Assembly (NCBI RefSeq): GCF_006345805.1
Contig: NC_043003.1
Coordinates: 26,164,001 to 26,228,000 of the forward strand
Reading direction: 5' to 3'
Origin: Octopus sinensis
Lineage: Eukaryota
Length of the DNA: 64,000 nucleotides
Shown here: positions 49,277-63,034 of the stretch, in pieces
Layout: each line of letters starts with the position of its first letter
How positions within the stretch are numbered: position 1 is the first letter of the stretch
The notes under the pieces: model-generated
Seen by the model: the letters and a program-made list of their open reading frames with translations, nothing else
What the model was told of the DNA's origin: nothing
Databases searched by the model: none
Position numbers and translations under genes: made by a program

Positions 49277-51660
49277 AAGGTAGCAAGCTGGCAGAATCAT
49301 TAGCATGGGATTATAGGCAATTATTAGCATGGAATAAGGCGGCGAGCTGGCAGAAACGTTAGCACGCCGAGCGAAATGCTTAGCAGTATTTCATCTGCCG
49401 TTACGTACTGGGTTCAAATTCTTCCCAGGTCAACTTTGCTTTTCATTCTTTCAGGGTCGATAAAGTACCAGTTATGCACTGGGGTTGATGTAATTGAATC
49501 ATTCCTTTTGTCTGTCCTTGTTTGTCCCCTCTATGTTTAGCCCCTTATGGGCAATAAAGAAATAAGAATCATTAACTAAGTGGTATTTTGTCTGTCGCTA
49601 CATTCTGAGTTCAAATTCTGCTCAGGTCGACTTTACCTTTCATCCTTTCGGGGTTGATGAAATAGTACCAGTCAAGTGCTGGGGTATGATGTAATCAACT
49701 AGTCTCCTCCCCCAAAATTTCAGGCCTTGTGCCTATAGTAGAAAGGATTATTAAGCTGGTATGTTTGCAGCATAAATTAACAAAGCTTTGATGGAAGGTT
49801 TTAATTCAGATAATTTTGAAACAGGAAGTTTTTATCATAGGATCAAGGTGGTTTTGGTTTGGTTGGCATTGAAAGTATTAAATACTCAGCGAAAATCTAG
49901 ACTGCTCTTAATGTCAAGGACATGCGTCCTTAACATTCCACATATTCAGAACAGACTCATTCACCCAGGCCATACATTCTGCTCTCATCCACCTTCCATA
50001 ATAATATTAATAATGCTTTTATGATTGGCAGTTATGGCCAATGTCTCTTGACATGTCTCAAAGGGGTAGGAGAAAGACTCTTGGAAACAATGAACACATC
50101 ACTATCCTCCTCTCAGGAAATATTTAATGAATTATATAAGGGCACATCTGTTTGGCTAATAAGGGGTTTACAGCAAACCACATTTTGTTCTATATCCAGG
50201 ACTACATTCCCCAATGACCCTCATATTTATTTTCAATACTAAGAAAGCAGAATGTAATTCAAGTAAAAGTTTTGCCATTTTCAATAAGACAACCAGCAAA
50301 CATGTAGAGCAGGTGTGGGCAACCTTTTATATAAAATGGGTCACATGAGACATGTATTGTCAGGTAAGGCTACACTACTAATCAATTCAAGGTAAATTTT
50401 TCATTGAGCATGCCATTCAAAAACTCCTGCACAGGCAGCAGTTGGTCCATGATTGAAGTAAATGCTGATTCATTGGCTTATATAGCTTGATTTTATGTTT
50501 GTGTGACATTTGATGAACATAAAGGATTTATTTAATCCTGTCTAGGCAGCAAGTTTTAATGTAACCTTGTGACCTCATTAGTAGAGCTTCCAGTTGTTAA
50601 AACCAGGCATCTGACACATGTATGTGAAGGTCTGAAAAAGAGATTGTTTTGTTGTAGAGGACTAACAATTACCCATACATGTAAATCTCCTTCCCACACA
50701 ACACTGATGTTATACAGGTTGTGGGGTAATTTAGGGTGGTTACAGCATAGCATCATCATCATTGCAAGTATCAATGTTAAAGTCAAACTCAAAGTGCTGG
50801 AACAGATACTGCAAAGCAGCAATCCACAGCTCTGGATTGGTACTTTTTGATACTGGATTCCTGATACTCATATGAAATCTTATGCAGCAGTGCCTTTCAT
50901 CCTTTCGGGGTCGATAAATTAAGTACCAGTTGCATACTGGGGTCGACTAATCGACTGACACCCTCCCCAAAAATTTTGGGCCTTGTGCCTAGAGTAGAAA
51001 AGAATTATTATCATTATTAAGGCAGTGAGCTGGCAAAATTGTTAACATGCCAGGTAAAATGCTTAGCGGCATTTGGTCTGTCTTTACATTTCAAGTTCAA
51101 ATTCCACTGAGATCGACTTTACCTTTCGGGGTCAATAAAATAAGTACCAGATGAACACTGGGGAGGGGGGTGTCGATGTAATCAACTTAGCCACCCCCAC
51201 CAAAAAAAAATTGCCGGCCTTGTGCCTAAATTTGAAATTATTATTATTAAGGCAGCAAATTGGCAGAATGTCTAGTGGAATTTCATCCATCTTCACATAC
51301 TGAGTTTAAATTCTGCTGAGGCTTTTCACATCCTTTCGGGATTGATAAAATAAGTACCAGTCAAACACTGAGGTCAATGTACTCAAATTATCCCCTCCTC
51401 TGAAATTACTGGCCCAGTACCAAAATTTGAAACCACTAAAAGGTGGTGAGTAGGCAGGATTGTTAGCATGCCATACAAAATACTCAGTAGCATTCTGTCT
51501 GTCTTTACATTCTAAGTTCAAATTCCAGGAAAGTCGATGCCAGTTATCCTTTTGGGATCAATAAAATGAGAACCAGTCAAGTACTGGAGTCAATATAATA
51601 GACTAGCCATAACCCTCTCCAAATTTCAGGCCTTTTTTGCCACAGTAGAAAGGATTATTA
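49277..51660 (+). mobile_element. Two clusters of head-to-tail Deu/Nin-like SINEs (49277-49750 and 50890-51660)
   Basis: Repeated aaggcggcgagctggcagaa...tttcatcctttcggggtcgataa...ggccttgtgcc...gaaaggattattatt units. Confidence 0.8.
50310..50455. mobile_element. hAT (Buster-type) MITE
   Basis: Left TIR CAGGTGTGGGCAACCTTTT after ATGTAGAG; degenerate right end gttggtccatgattg followed by AAGTAAAT (both NNNTANNN, 5/8 identical). Confidence 0.45.
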
Positions 51661-52639
51661 TTACTGTCATAAATCTTTCAGTCAAGAAGGAAGTGTAACA
51701 GCCATGACTTTTTCAGGACATCTGAGACTGAGGGAAGGAGCTATCCCCAAACCACAGAGCTCAATTGAAAGCTTACAATTGAGAAGACTCCCAAAGGCCA
51801 AGTGGTGGTGTTCAGCAGGTGAAGACTCAAATATTTTGATACCAGACTGCCTAACCCCAATTCTGGTTCTATGATAAAACTTCCTGTGATCTAATTTAAA
51901 ACTTTCCAAAATTTCATGTTAAATCATGTTCCAAACATGAACTTAATGACAAAGTTATTTCCATTAAAAGCCTTCATTACTTTCAAAATTAATTGAAACA
52001 AATGTCAGCCAGATGATTCTCTGCTTAGGTAGACAATGGTACAGATTTAAGTATGTATGAAGTCTGCCATGAGCATCTCCATGCTCAATGGGACATTTGG
52101 ATTCACCAGCTGTAGCTAACAAAATACATTCCAGATACTTATATGGAGCTTCCTTTAACCTAAAATACCAAACAACCACTAACATGTAACCACTTAGATC
52201 ACTCAATCTGCTAAAAATAGCAACAAAATCTCCCTCAAATCATGACCCCCACCCCACCACCACCACCAGCAATCTTAAATAAAGACTAATATTCAAAAAC
52301 ACAGTATGGTCATCATTGCAAAACCTTTGATAACAGGTCTGCTCAGTCGGGCCTGACCTGGGGTTAAGAACAGAACAACAAGTGATAATACAAAATGCAT
52401 CTGTAAGAGATCTTAAGTTGTAGAAGGAAGCAGATGGACATATGGTCATATAACTCTGGGGGAGAGAAGAGTGGACAGTGGGGAGGGGGAGTGGAATCCA
52501 TATAGAAAGAAGAGGAAGCACAATGGTAGGAGGAGAAAGGAGTTGCAGCGGAAGGAGGAGGATGAGGAGGAGATTAATAAGATGCAAGAGACAGGGAAAA
52601 GAAGAGGAGGAGTTGTAAGAAGGCAAAAATGGGAATCAG

Positions 52640-53085
52640 TAATTTAGTGGTGGTGGTGGTTCTGGTGATGGAGGTAGTGGGAGTGGACATAGTGGTAGTG
52701 AAGGGGGGGGTTGTGGTAGTACAGGTGGTGTGGAGGGAGGAATGGGTGGTGGTTGTAGTGGATATGAAGGCAGTGGTGGAATGGTGGTTGTAGCAGAGGT
52801 GGTGGCAGAGGTAATGGTAGCAGTGGTGGTGGAGTTAGAGGTAGCAGTGATAGTAGCAGTAGCAGTGGAGGAGGTGGCGGTGGTGGTGTTGGTAGTTGAA
52901 GTAGTAGTAGCAACGGTAACAGTAGAAGTTGTAGTAGAAGCCATAGTGGCAGTGGCTGTCATAGCAGTAGTGGTAGTAGTAGCAGTGGTAGGTGTGGGGT
53001 GGTGATGAGAGAGGTTAAGGCACACTGGATAATTATTTTCCTAAACCATAAAAAACAAATTACATACACACACACATACATACAC

Positions 53086-53141
<56 letters not shown>

Positions 53142-53753
53142 GTATAGATAGAGAGAGAGAGAGAGAGAAGGGGGAGGGAGAGCAAGTAAAGAAACAACCA
53201 GGAAAAAGAGCAACGTGCAAAACAATCATCTGTAGCAGGAGCAGCTGGCCGCGAGCTGCTGCAGTAGCTTCCTACACCACGAGAAAAATGCCAACAAGAC
53301 TGGACTGCCATCCATCCAATGTAAGAAGAGAAACTGACCAATAACAACGAACAGCTGGAACTGGTCAATCAAAGACAGTCACATGACACACACACACATA
53401 TGTGTGTGCATGCATACACAGCCATCTCGAAATTATAATGATCAGCAGGCCTAAAATCAAATTAACAGCTGATCCCTGTCCCATCCTGTTCCATTGTAGT
53501 CCCGGAACTAGTCCAACTAATGTTATAGGAACTGGACATTGCTGTTTTGCTCTGTTTGTGTGTGTTTGTGTGCTTGGGGTGGTGGTTGTTTGTTTGTTTG
53601 TTTGTTTTTCTGCTAATTCTTTTCAATTCTATGTGGCTGTTTGTTTTTTGGTTATTTTTTTTTTCAATTCTATATGGTCGTTTGTGTGACTGACTAACTT
53701 TGACATCTAACTTTACTTTCCCTCTAGCAGAAATATGTCTAAACAAAGAAATT

Positions 53754-53813
<60 letters not shown>

Positions 53814-55620
53814 AGAGTGAGAAAATAGAAAATAAAAGGGAAATAAATAAGGAAAAAAAAAAAGAAACAAGGCAGGAATGAAGAAGAAAAGATAAAGGGG
53901 TGAGAAAGAAAAGGGAAAGAAAAAGAGAGAGAAGAAAAAGGCTTGTAAAAAAAAAAGGAAGACATAAGGAATGAGAAAAAGAGAAGAAGAAAAATGGGAA
54001 AAAGAGAAAGAGAAGGAAAGGAATGGGAGATAGAGAGAGAAAATAAGAAAACAAGGATGAAAATCTAAGAAAAATGGGGAATCGTGAAGAGACAGCAGAG
54101 GATTTATAATGCTGCAGAGGTTGATAGTAAAGATGGCATGGTAATGCTATTCAGGGCGGGGTGGGGACAGGAGTAATAATGATGAGGGTGGTGATCATGG
54201 CAGCGGTGGTGGGGGATGTTATTATGACTATTGCACGATATTGGTGGCTGTGTATTAACAGTATACAGTGAGAGATGGTTGTGGTGGTCGCTGCTGCAGT
54301 TTTGGGTGTTATGTGATAAACAGTCATAGTAGTATGTGGCATATGGTAGGAGGAGTAATGGTGGTGGTGGTGGCGGCATTGTTGGTATTAAGACTAATGC
54401 ATGGTACTAGTTGGATGAGTAAAGTATGACATACAGTGAGAAGGATGGTGGTCGTGGTGGTATTGTTTGGTAAACAGTCAAGTGTGGTGGTGGTTGTAGC
54501 TGGTGGCAAATGGATATCAATGGTAAATAATGATGGTGGCAATGGTAAATGGTAAAATTAGTACGGATAGTGATGGCAATAGTATGGTGATAATAATGGT
54601 ATTAGCAACAGTATAGTGAAGGTGATGCTGGCGGTGATGACGATGGTGGAGATAGCAGTGGAAGAGAGAAGTTGGTGCTGATGGTATGTAGAAAGTCTTA
54701 AGGTGAGGGTGGGGAAGATGATTATAATCATGGTAAGCAGTGGCGGAGTAATGAAGATCATTATTCTTATTATCATCATCATTATTATTATTATTATTAT
54801 TATTGAAATATAATATAAACAGCAAGAGATGGGTAGTAAAGAAAAAAAAACCCATCAGCATTGAAATCAATAGGGCATCTAAGATCTATGTGAGCAGAGG
54901 TGGCGGAGGAGGCTAAGTGGCAGATACTTGTTGCTGACTGAAATATTAGCAGCAGCAGCAGCAATATCTGATCGGCCATGTTTACAGCCATCAACATTGA
55001 TATTACTACTACTACTACTACTACTACTACCGTTACCACCACTACTATCACTACTATTATTGTTAATGGTTTGCGGCTGCTGCAACAATCCTAGCTGTCA
55101 CTGCCACTGCTGCTGTCACTGTCATCACCTTCGCTGCCACCCATCCTCATCTTTGTCATCACCGTTGTCATGATTATAACTGTCACCTTAAGAAACAAGC
55201 ACATCCTAGTCACCACTTTCCCAACATCACTACTACCATCATCACCACTACCAGCAGCATCAATATTGTCAAAGACGGGTCTGTTCTGATCAGAGCAGCT
55301 GACCTGGGGGCTTAACACAGCAATTGCTGTCATCACACTCCACCATTGTCCACTGTCATCACTGACACAACCACCACCATCACCATCCACCATTACTGTC
55401 AGCCATCATCGTTGCCATAGTCTGTCATTACACCATAATTACACCACCGTCGATGTAATCACATAAAACATATCATCATTATTGCCAATCCTCATCACCA
55501 GAATCACAACCATTGCCACCACTGTCTTCACAGTATGACTATTGTTATCATCGTCTCCACCACTAACACCAACACCACCACCACTGTCAACACTGTGGCC
55601 ACTACAAGTATAGCCACAGT
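52640..55620. repeat. Low-complexity island of degenerate trinucleotide (GTG/GTA, ATT, CAC/CTA) and dinucleotide repeats
   Basis: Direct reading. Source of the poly-T/V/P ORFs in the track. Confidence 0.85.
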
Positions 55621-56489
55621 CACCATGCTGTATTTGTGTAAGGCAACAGCTGTTTGCATTATGATGTGAGGGAGGAAAAAATGAAAGCTTTGTATTTTAA
55701 GTAAAAAGCAGGAACAACAGAACAATAAAATGATGCTGACAACATCGACAATAACAAAACATCTTAACCAGACATTACAATGGACAAGTAGAGTTGAATA
55801 ACTTGCCCACACAGCGCAAGATACTCCTGCAACAAACAATAAGTCAGGAGTGATGATAATGATTAAACACACAACACAGCACCATGCATTTTAGTCGAGA
55901 GAACAGTCGATTAAATCAACCCCCATTACTAATAGATGAGCATTTTATTTTATTGGGCCTGTAGGGATGAGAGATAAAGTTGACATCAGTGCAATTTGAA
56001 CTCAAAACCTAAAGGGTAGCAACTAAATGCAACAAGGCATTTCTGTCCAATGTTCTAATAGTTATGTTAATCTATTGATCATGATGTTGCTTGTTATTGC
56101 AGGTAACAACTGCCTGACACGCCGTTGGTTACGACAACGACGAGTGTTCCAGTTCATTCGATCAATGTAGTTTTTTTTTTTTCAGAGAGATTCAGCACGA
56201 TACAGACTGTGACAAGGCTGGCCCTTTTGAATCACAGCTACAACCCATTTTTGCCAGCTGAGTGGACAGGAACAATGTGAAATAAAGTGTCTTACTGAAG
56301 GACACAATGTACCACCAGGAACTGAACTCAGGACCTTGTGACTGTAAGTCAAATACCCTCACCACTAAGCCACACATGATCCCAAATGCTGGGACCAGGA
56401 GACTAGTTGATTATCATCACTGACAATACTTCACTTGAAAGATGAAAATATAAAGTGAGTTTCAGCAAGATCTCAACTCAGGCAGTAGC

Positions 56490-56539
<50 letters not shown>

Positions 56540-56545
<6 letters not shown>

Positions 56546-58436
56546 ACAAGGCCAGCAATTACTGAGGAGAAGAGGCGATTCAATTACATTGAACCCCAAT
56601 ATTTGATTAGTACTTTCTGTTATCGATTCTGGAAAGGTGAAAAAGTTAGCCTCAGCAGGATTTGAACCAAGAACATAAAGAGCTGGAGCAAATCCCATAC
56701 AACATTTTCCAATGATCTAAGGATGCTGCCAATCTAATACCCTAATAATAATAATAAAAATGGTTTCAAATTAGGCATGAGGCCAGCAAGTTTGAGGGAC
56801 AAGGCTTAATTAATTACTATATCAACCCCAGCACTTGACTGGTACTTTATCAAATCCCCCAAAAAGATGAAAGGGGAAGTCAACTTTGGGAGGATTTGAA
56901 CTCAATGCAAAGAACCAAGATCAAAAGTATTTTCTTTAACACTAATGATTCTGCCAGTTAGCAATCATTAACGTTTCCTGATTTAGGCATAAGGCTAGCA
57001 ATTTTGATGGGGTGGTGAGAAGTTCATTACACTGACCCCAATACTTGATTGCTACTTTCTTTTTTCAACCCTTTAAGGATGAAAGGCAATGTTGACCTCA
57101 GCATGATTTGAACACAGGACATAAACAGCTGGAACAATTAATGCATGGCACTTTTCTCCCTAATGCACCAATGGGTCTGCCAATCTGTCCAAATAATATT
57201 TTTTAATTAAGCATAGAAGATGATGTTTTTATGGAAATTCAGGAATGGAAGTTGTGACATTCTTGCATTATCCACAAGAAACATTAACATAGGGGAAAGA
57301 GAATAGCTTCTTCTTTGGACATGATTAGTTGACCAGCTTAACATTAGCCAACAGAAATAGTAATTTGAAAGATAAAAAACAAGGGCGGAAATTTGGGGGT
57401 TAGAGAACAGTCATTTACAATGACCTCAGTACACAGCTGGTACTTCATTTTGAAGGATGAAAAGGTATAGTTGAATTTGGTGGGACTGACTTCAAACACA
57501 GGCAGAAGGCCATGTATTTAGAAGGACAGGGAACAGTCAATTATATGGACAGGACCCTGTACCTGACTGGTATATGTTTTATCTGTCCATCCAACCACCA
57601 CGAAGCTGAAAGTGGCAGGAATTGAACTCAAAATACAAAGAATTTAGCCAAATATGACAAAGCATTTTTCTCAGCTATATTACCACTTCCACCAGTTCAG
57701 TCTAGGCAAAAGGTTACATAAATTCCACTACCATCACCCATACTTGACCAGCACTTGTTTTATTAATCTCAGGAGGATCAAAATGCAAAGGCCACCTCCC
57801 ATGAAAAGTGGGATATAAACTAAATACTGCAAGGTATTTCATATGGTACTCTCCAATGCCAGAAATTTGTTGGGGAGATGAGGCATGTAGTTAAATCCCC
57901 TCTATAGTGACTTGATATACAATAGCAGGTTCTCCATACTTATGAAAGATTCCTGAAGAGAGAGAGAGAGAGTTTAGGGAGTTTGGTAAGGATAGGAGCT
58001 AGCTCTGGAGTGTATTATTTGAAGGTGAAAGAAGGGGCCATTGTTGGAACCTGTTGCCATCAACCCACACTGAAAAATGAAAGGCAAAACTGTGTGGCAG
58101 GATTTCAATATACAACAGAACAAAGGGATGTAACTAAATGCAAAAAGTAATTTTTTCTAATGCTTTACTATTTCTGCCAATAATATTAAATAATAATTAA
58201 ATATTAATCAATAATTATTTCTATTATAGGCACAAGGCCTGAAATTTTGGAGGCGGTGGCAACTTGATTACATCAACCCCAGTACTTGACTGATACTTCA
58301 TTTTATCCCCACCCCCAACACAATGAAAGGCAAAGTTGACCTCAGCAGAATTTGAACTCAAAGAGTAAAAGCTGGATGAAATGCCGCTAAGCATTTTGTT
58401 CAGTGTGCTAACAATTCTGTTAGCTTGCTGCCTTAA
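56540..58436 (-). mobile_element. Further cluster of diverged Deu/Nin-like SINE copies (about 7)
   Basis: Repeated aggccagca...accccagtacttgactg...gatgaaaggcaaagttgacctcagcagaatttgaactc units. Best preserved at 58205-58436. Confidence 0.65.
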
Positions 58437-59682
58437 AATATTAATTAATTAATAATTAATGATGATGATTTCTAACATAATGATAATTTCTTATGAACAG
58501 GAAACTGCTAGATGGCAAAGAAAGTAGACCTGTTGAACTTTTAATTTGGTCCTTGCATATTACAGCTATTTATATTCACCCCCTTTCCTACAGAAATCTA
58601 CCTTGGCTGTTGATGGGGAGGGGGGAAGTATAGAGGATCAACTAAAGCTGACTTTGGTGAGATAAGAACTTAAAACAATAAGACACCCAACTTTGAATTC
58701 AGTGAAGTACTCTTACGGTGTTGCTGCACCACACAGATGACCAGCAACCATCAGGGTTATTGTTGGTTTGGGACCTAGTGCTCAATGAGATCAGTAATCC
58801 TACACCACACCTACCCTAACAGATAAGCTTCAGGCAACAGCACCATCTGGAGAGTGAGTTAGCCACAATATGGTGGCAAAAGGTGGATACCAGTAATATA
58901 CTATGGTCAAGACAACAGCATTTATCCACATACACACACCAAACCAAATGCAGCCTGTCTGCTACAAAAATCAGGCAATATGCTGAAGTCAAAACAAAAC
59001 GGTAACATTATGATTTTTGTCTCCTCTGACTGAATATTTCTGTAATAGGAACGAGGAAGTCTTACAATATGTGTGCACAGATGTGGGGGTGACAATCATG
59101 CCTTTCTCAAAACCTTAGAAAGTATTAACAGAAACAATACTGTTAGTTCTAATAGTACAGGTACCATCACGATCACAACCACACAACACTGACTGTCATT
59201 GCTGGTACTATTACTACAAACAACGAGAGTTTACAGTTGTTAAAAGAACAGATAATACAAAGGAGAAGAATGCAAGTGTGACACAATAAGGGATGTTAAA
59301 AAAAATACGCCTACTACAATAGACTGATGTGTGTGTGTATATGTACGTGTGTGTGTGTGTGTGTGTGTGTGTGAGTAGGGTGACAAAGCTCTCCGACAAG
59401 GTAAACATATTGAAAGGAATAATAAAGAGACAGGAAGAAAAGATGAACACCTATCATATGGTGCAGCAGTAGAGTGCAGAAGAGTGCAGTAAGCAGTGTG
59501 GTGGTGTTGTGAGCTGTCGTCGATGTAGATGGATTGCTAACGAAGAATGCAGCTCTTTGCAAAACAGTCATACTGGAAGTGTATGTGTCTTTGTATACAT
59601 ACGTACACACTGATAAGGATACATAAAATCACATTCCCAAGCCTGTATGTGTATGTATGTGTATATATACATAAATCATCAT

Positions 59683-59737
<55 letters not shown>

Positions 59738-62700
59738 TCAATTTTGAACACATACAAGTACTTATATTTGTGTGTGTGTGTGTGTGTGTGTGTGCATGTG
59801 TTATACACACTTGTACATTATGTAAGTGTTCAGTTGTGTGAGAGAGAGCGAAAGAATTGCTAGTTGCCGATTCTCACAGAAATGGCTTCTAGTAAAAATA
59901 AAAAAATAAATAAAAATGCAAGCTTTCAGCTGTTTAGAAACACACACACTCATACACCTACCTACCACACACAAAATAAAATTAAAATTATAAATCAACA
60001 AAAACAGTAAGACAAAAGGTGCAACAAAAAACACACACAAAAAACACAATTGTCAAATGAAAAGGAAATTAGAATTAGAATCAATACTGTGATGAATATA
60101 AACAAAGTTGACAAGACACAAAAGCCAGAACAAAAAGGCATTTTGTTTCTCACCATATGTCTCATTATCATCATCATCAACATAGACAAGCACCATATCA
60201 TCATCATCATCATCACCACCATCAATACCGCTATCATTACCAAAAGAGTGAGAAATTAGCTCAAATCTTACATAACATATTTTTGCTCGTTTTGGTGGAA
60301 GGGGTGGGAGAGTGGGTGAACCTTCAGGTATTGAAAATGAAAGTAAAGAATTTTGACACGATTTTCGTCTTTCCCTTTTTTTTTCTTTTACTCTTTGATC
60401 TCGACTTATCAATAAAAAGGTAAAAAAGAGTAAAAAGATGGAATAAAAGAATGGTTTACTCAGAAGGAGAAGCGAAAAAATAATGGAAATGTAAGAAAAA
60501 ATTTTTTTTTAAATAAAGAAAAAAAACCGGAGAAAAGAGAGGAATTTGTTACCTATATCATATGCAAACTGTTTCATAATGTTGACTGGATTTCATATGT
60601 GCATGTTGTTGATATAGATAGGAACGTTGTCCACAAAATACTACTACAACCACCACCAGTAGCAAAGAACAACAGCAGTAGTAGTAGTAGTAATAATAGT
60701 AGTAATAGCAATAGCAGCAGCAGCAACAACAACAGCAACTACTACTACTACTAATATGAAGAATCAACAATAAAAACTTCAATTGAATCAGCTAAGCTGG
60801 TAATAGAAACCGATGGATATATTCAATGAATCAAAACCAGCTCCGAAAACCAGGAAAAATTCTGATTACATATGTATGCATGCATACATACATACATATG
60901 TCGGAAGAGAAAATTCTTAATATCTACATCTGATTTGTTGTTGTTGTTATTTTTCCACAGACACACAACCAAACAGATGTGACACAAACACACACACGTA
61001 TAGCGTTACACAAATAGACTGACAGACAGCCAGGTGTCTTCACTTACGACAGTTCTACTGAATGCAATACGAAAACAGAAGAATTATCATCTGAGCCATG
61101 ACCAAATGGTTTGGTTTGCAAACAGAAGGAAAGCAAAACAGATGTGGAATAAACCAAAAGCAAAGTTGGCTCTTATTATTATTATTATTATTATTATGAA
61201 TATTAATGTTACTGTTGTTATTGTTAACTGCTGCAGTTGTTGTTGGTGGTGGTCACATTTGTATTGAAAAATCCAACAGGCATAGTTAGTTAGTTGCTTG
61301 ATTGATTTAGTTTGGTTTGGCTGTGATTTCGTTAACTACTAATACACTGGTAGTTTCCATGAGAACTATTCAGCAGTTCTGAGAGGAGTGAGGCCACAAG
61401 AAAGACCAAAAGCTGAGAGAGAGAGAGAGAGAGAAGAGAGAGGGAGGAGAGAGAAGAGAGAGGGAGAAGAAGAGAGAGAGAGAAGGAGAGAGGAGGGAAG
61501 GTGGTGGTGGGGAACATAGATTTTATTCAGTGGAAGAAATGATTTGCGAATGCCAAATGAGAAGAATTAAAAAACGGATAAAGGAAAATAGCCAACACAT
61601 TTTAGGCCACAAATTCCTTAATTACTATTAAAAATAAAAAAGTCATTTAAAAAATTTTCCTTAATGAAATTATATTAGGAAAGTAATGCTATCTGTTGCA
61701 TTTTCATTTCAATTCATATATATTTTCCATAAAATGTGAAGTTAATGGTGGTGGTAGTGTGAACAGGAAAGAAATTATTGTCACTCTTTGATTTAACAGA
61801 ACACAATAGTGGACAGTTGTGTGAAGAGTTGTCCCAGCAGTTAATGATAGAATAGAATGGAATGGAATGAGGCTACATTGAAGATAAATCTACCATATGT
61901 CTGGCAATAAAACTTTCTTTGCCTCTCTCTCTCTTGGTAAAATCTGCTTTTATTGCTTGTTAATTTTCCAATCTCTTGCAAAAGAAATGTAAATATTTGA
62001 AAAAAACATTTTTTCCCTCTAAAAATACTGGACAAGGTTTTAATTTTGCATTGTATCTTTTACTTGTTTCAGTCATTAGGCTGTAACCATCCCAGGGCAC
62101 CACCCTTGAAGAATTTTAGTCAAACAAATTGACACTCAGTACCTATTTTTTTTTTTTAATTTAAGTCTGGTACTTATTCTATCAGTCTATTTAGCCAAAC
62201 TGCTAACTCATGGGGAAGTAAACACACCAACACCAGTATGCACACACATATGACAGGCTTCCTTCAGTTTCTGTCTACCAAATCATTTACAACCAGAAGT
62301 GAGGTTATAGTAGAAGACACTTGTCCAAGGTGCCACACAGGAGGACTAAAGCCAGAACCATGTTCCTGGGAAGCAATGACCATTTCTAGAAATTCTGAGA
62401 TTAATGGTAGGGATAAGGGGAGAAGAAAATACAACTAAAAGGTATACAGATGTACTCATATCAAATCAACTTCAGGCCTGGTGAAAATAGTTGCAATACA
62501 GAGGACTCTGCTAAAGGGACCCAGAGGCCTGATGATGGTGCTAAATTAGGCAGCAGATTTAATTAAATCTACCAGCTGAGAACATCAAGAGGCCATCAGA
62601 TGAACTTCCGAATAGTTTTGATCTTTAAAATTTCACTCGCAAGATTTAGGTCAATGTGAGGCTATGGAAGGAATATTTGTGGTAGTAAGTAGCATAAATT

Positions 62701-63034
62701 TAAAAAAATAAAAAATATAGTATAATCCATAACTTTTATCCCAATCTGGTAGAGTGATTGCATAGTAAACTTTTAAACCATACAACTATACCTGATCATA
62801 CTTGTGGGTATGTCTCTACATTCAGAGTTAGAATTCTGCTCAAGCTGACATTGACTTTGATCCCTCTGATAAAATAAGTATGAGACAAATAGTGAGGGTG
62901 ATTGATACTGCCAAATCATTAAAAAAAAAAAAACTGACTGTGTCTAGAGAAAATGTTATCCAATTGTTGTGTTGGAGTTTGAACTCAGAACACTGAGAGC
63001 TGAAACTAAATAAATACTGCAAGACATGTATTCT

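Noticed and set aside
51704-51874. 56-aa plus-strand ORF with LRLREGAIPK, resembling a THAP C-terminal motif
   Set aside because: No upstream C2CH residues and no splice support; a single short motif is chance-level.
53288-53326. Plus-strand MPTRLDCHPSN|gtaaga resembling the human ATP8A1 start MPT
   Set aside because: Wrong strand for the flippase gene, and the similarity is only three residues.
52636-55872. Poly-Thr/Val/Pro mucin-like ORFs
   Set aside because: Degenerate trinucleotide repeats open on both strands, with no exon boundaries.
58711-58760. Donor ACC|gtaaga with short ATG frame MVAGHLCGAATP
   Set aside because: Phase 2, so it cannot join exon 2; it would have to skip to exon 3 and has no other support.
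62529-62560. CTGATGA...hairpin
   Set aside because: Followed by GATTT rather than GAAA, with no cleavage triplet.
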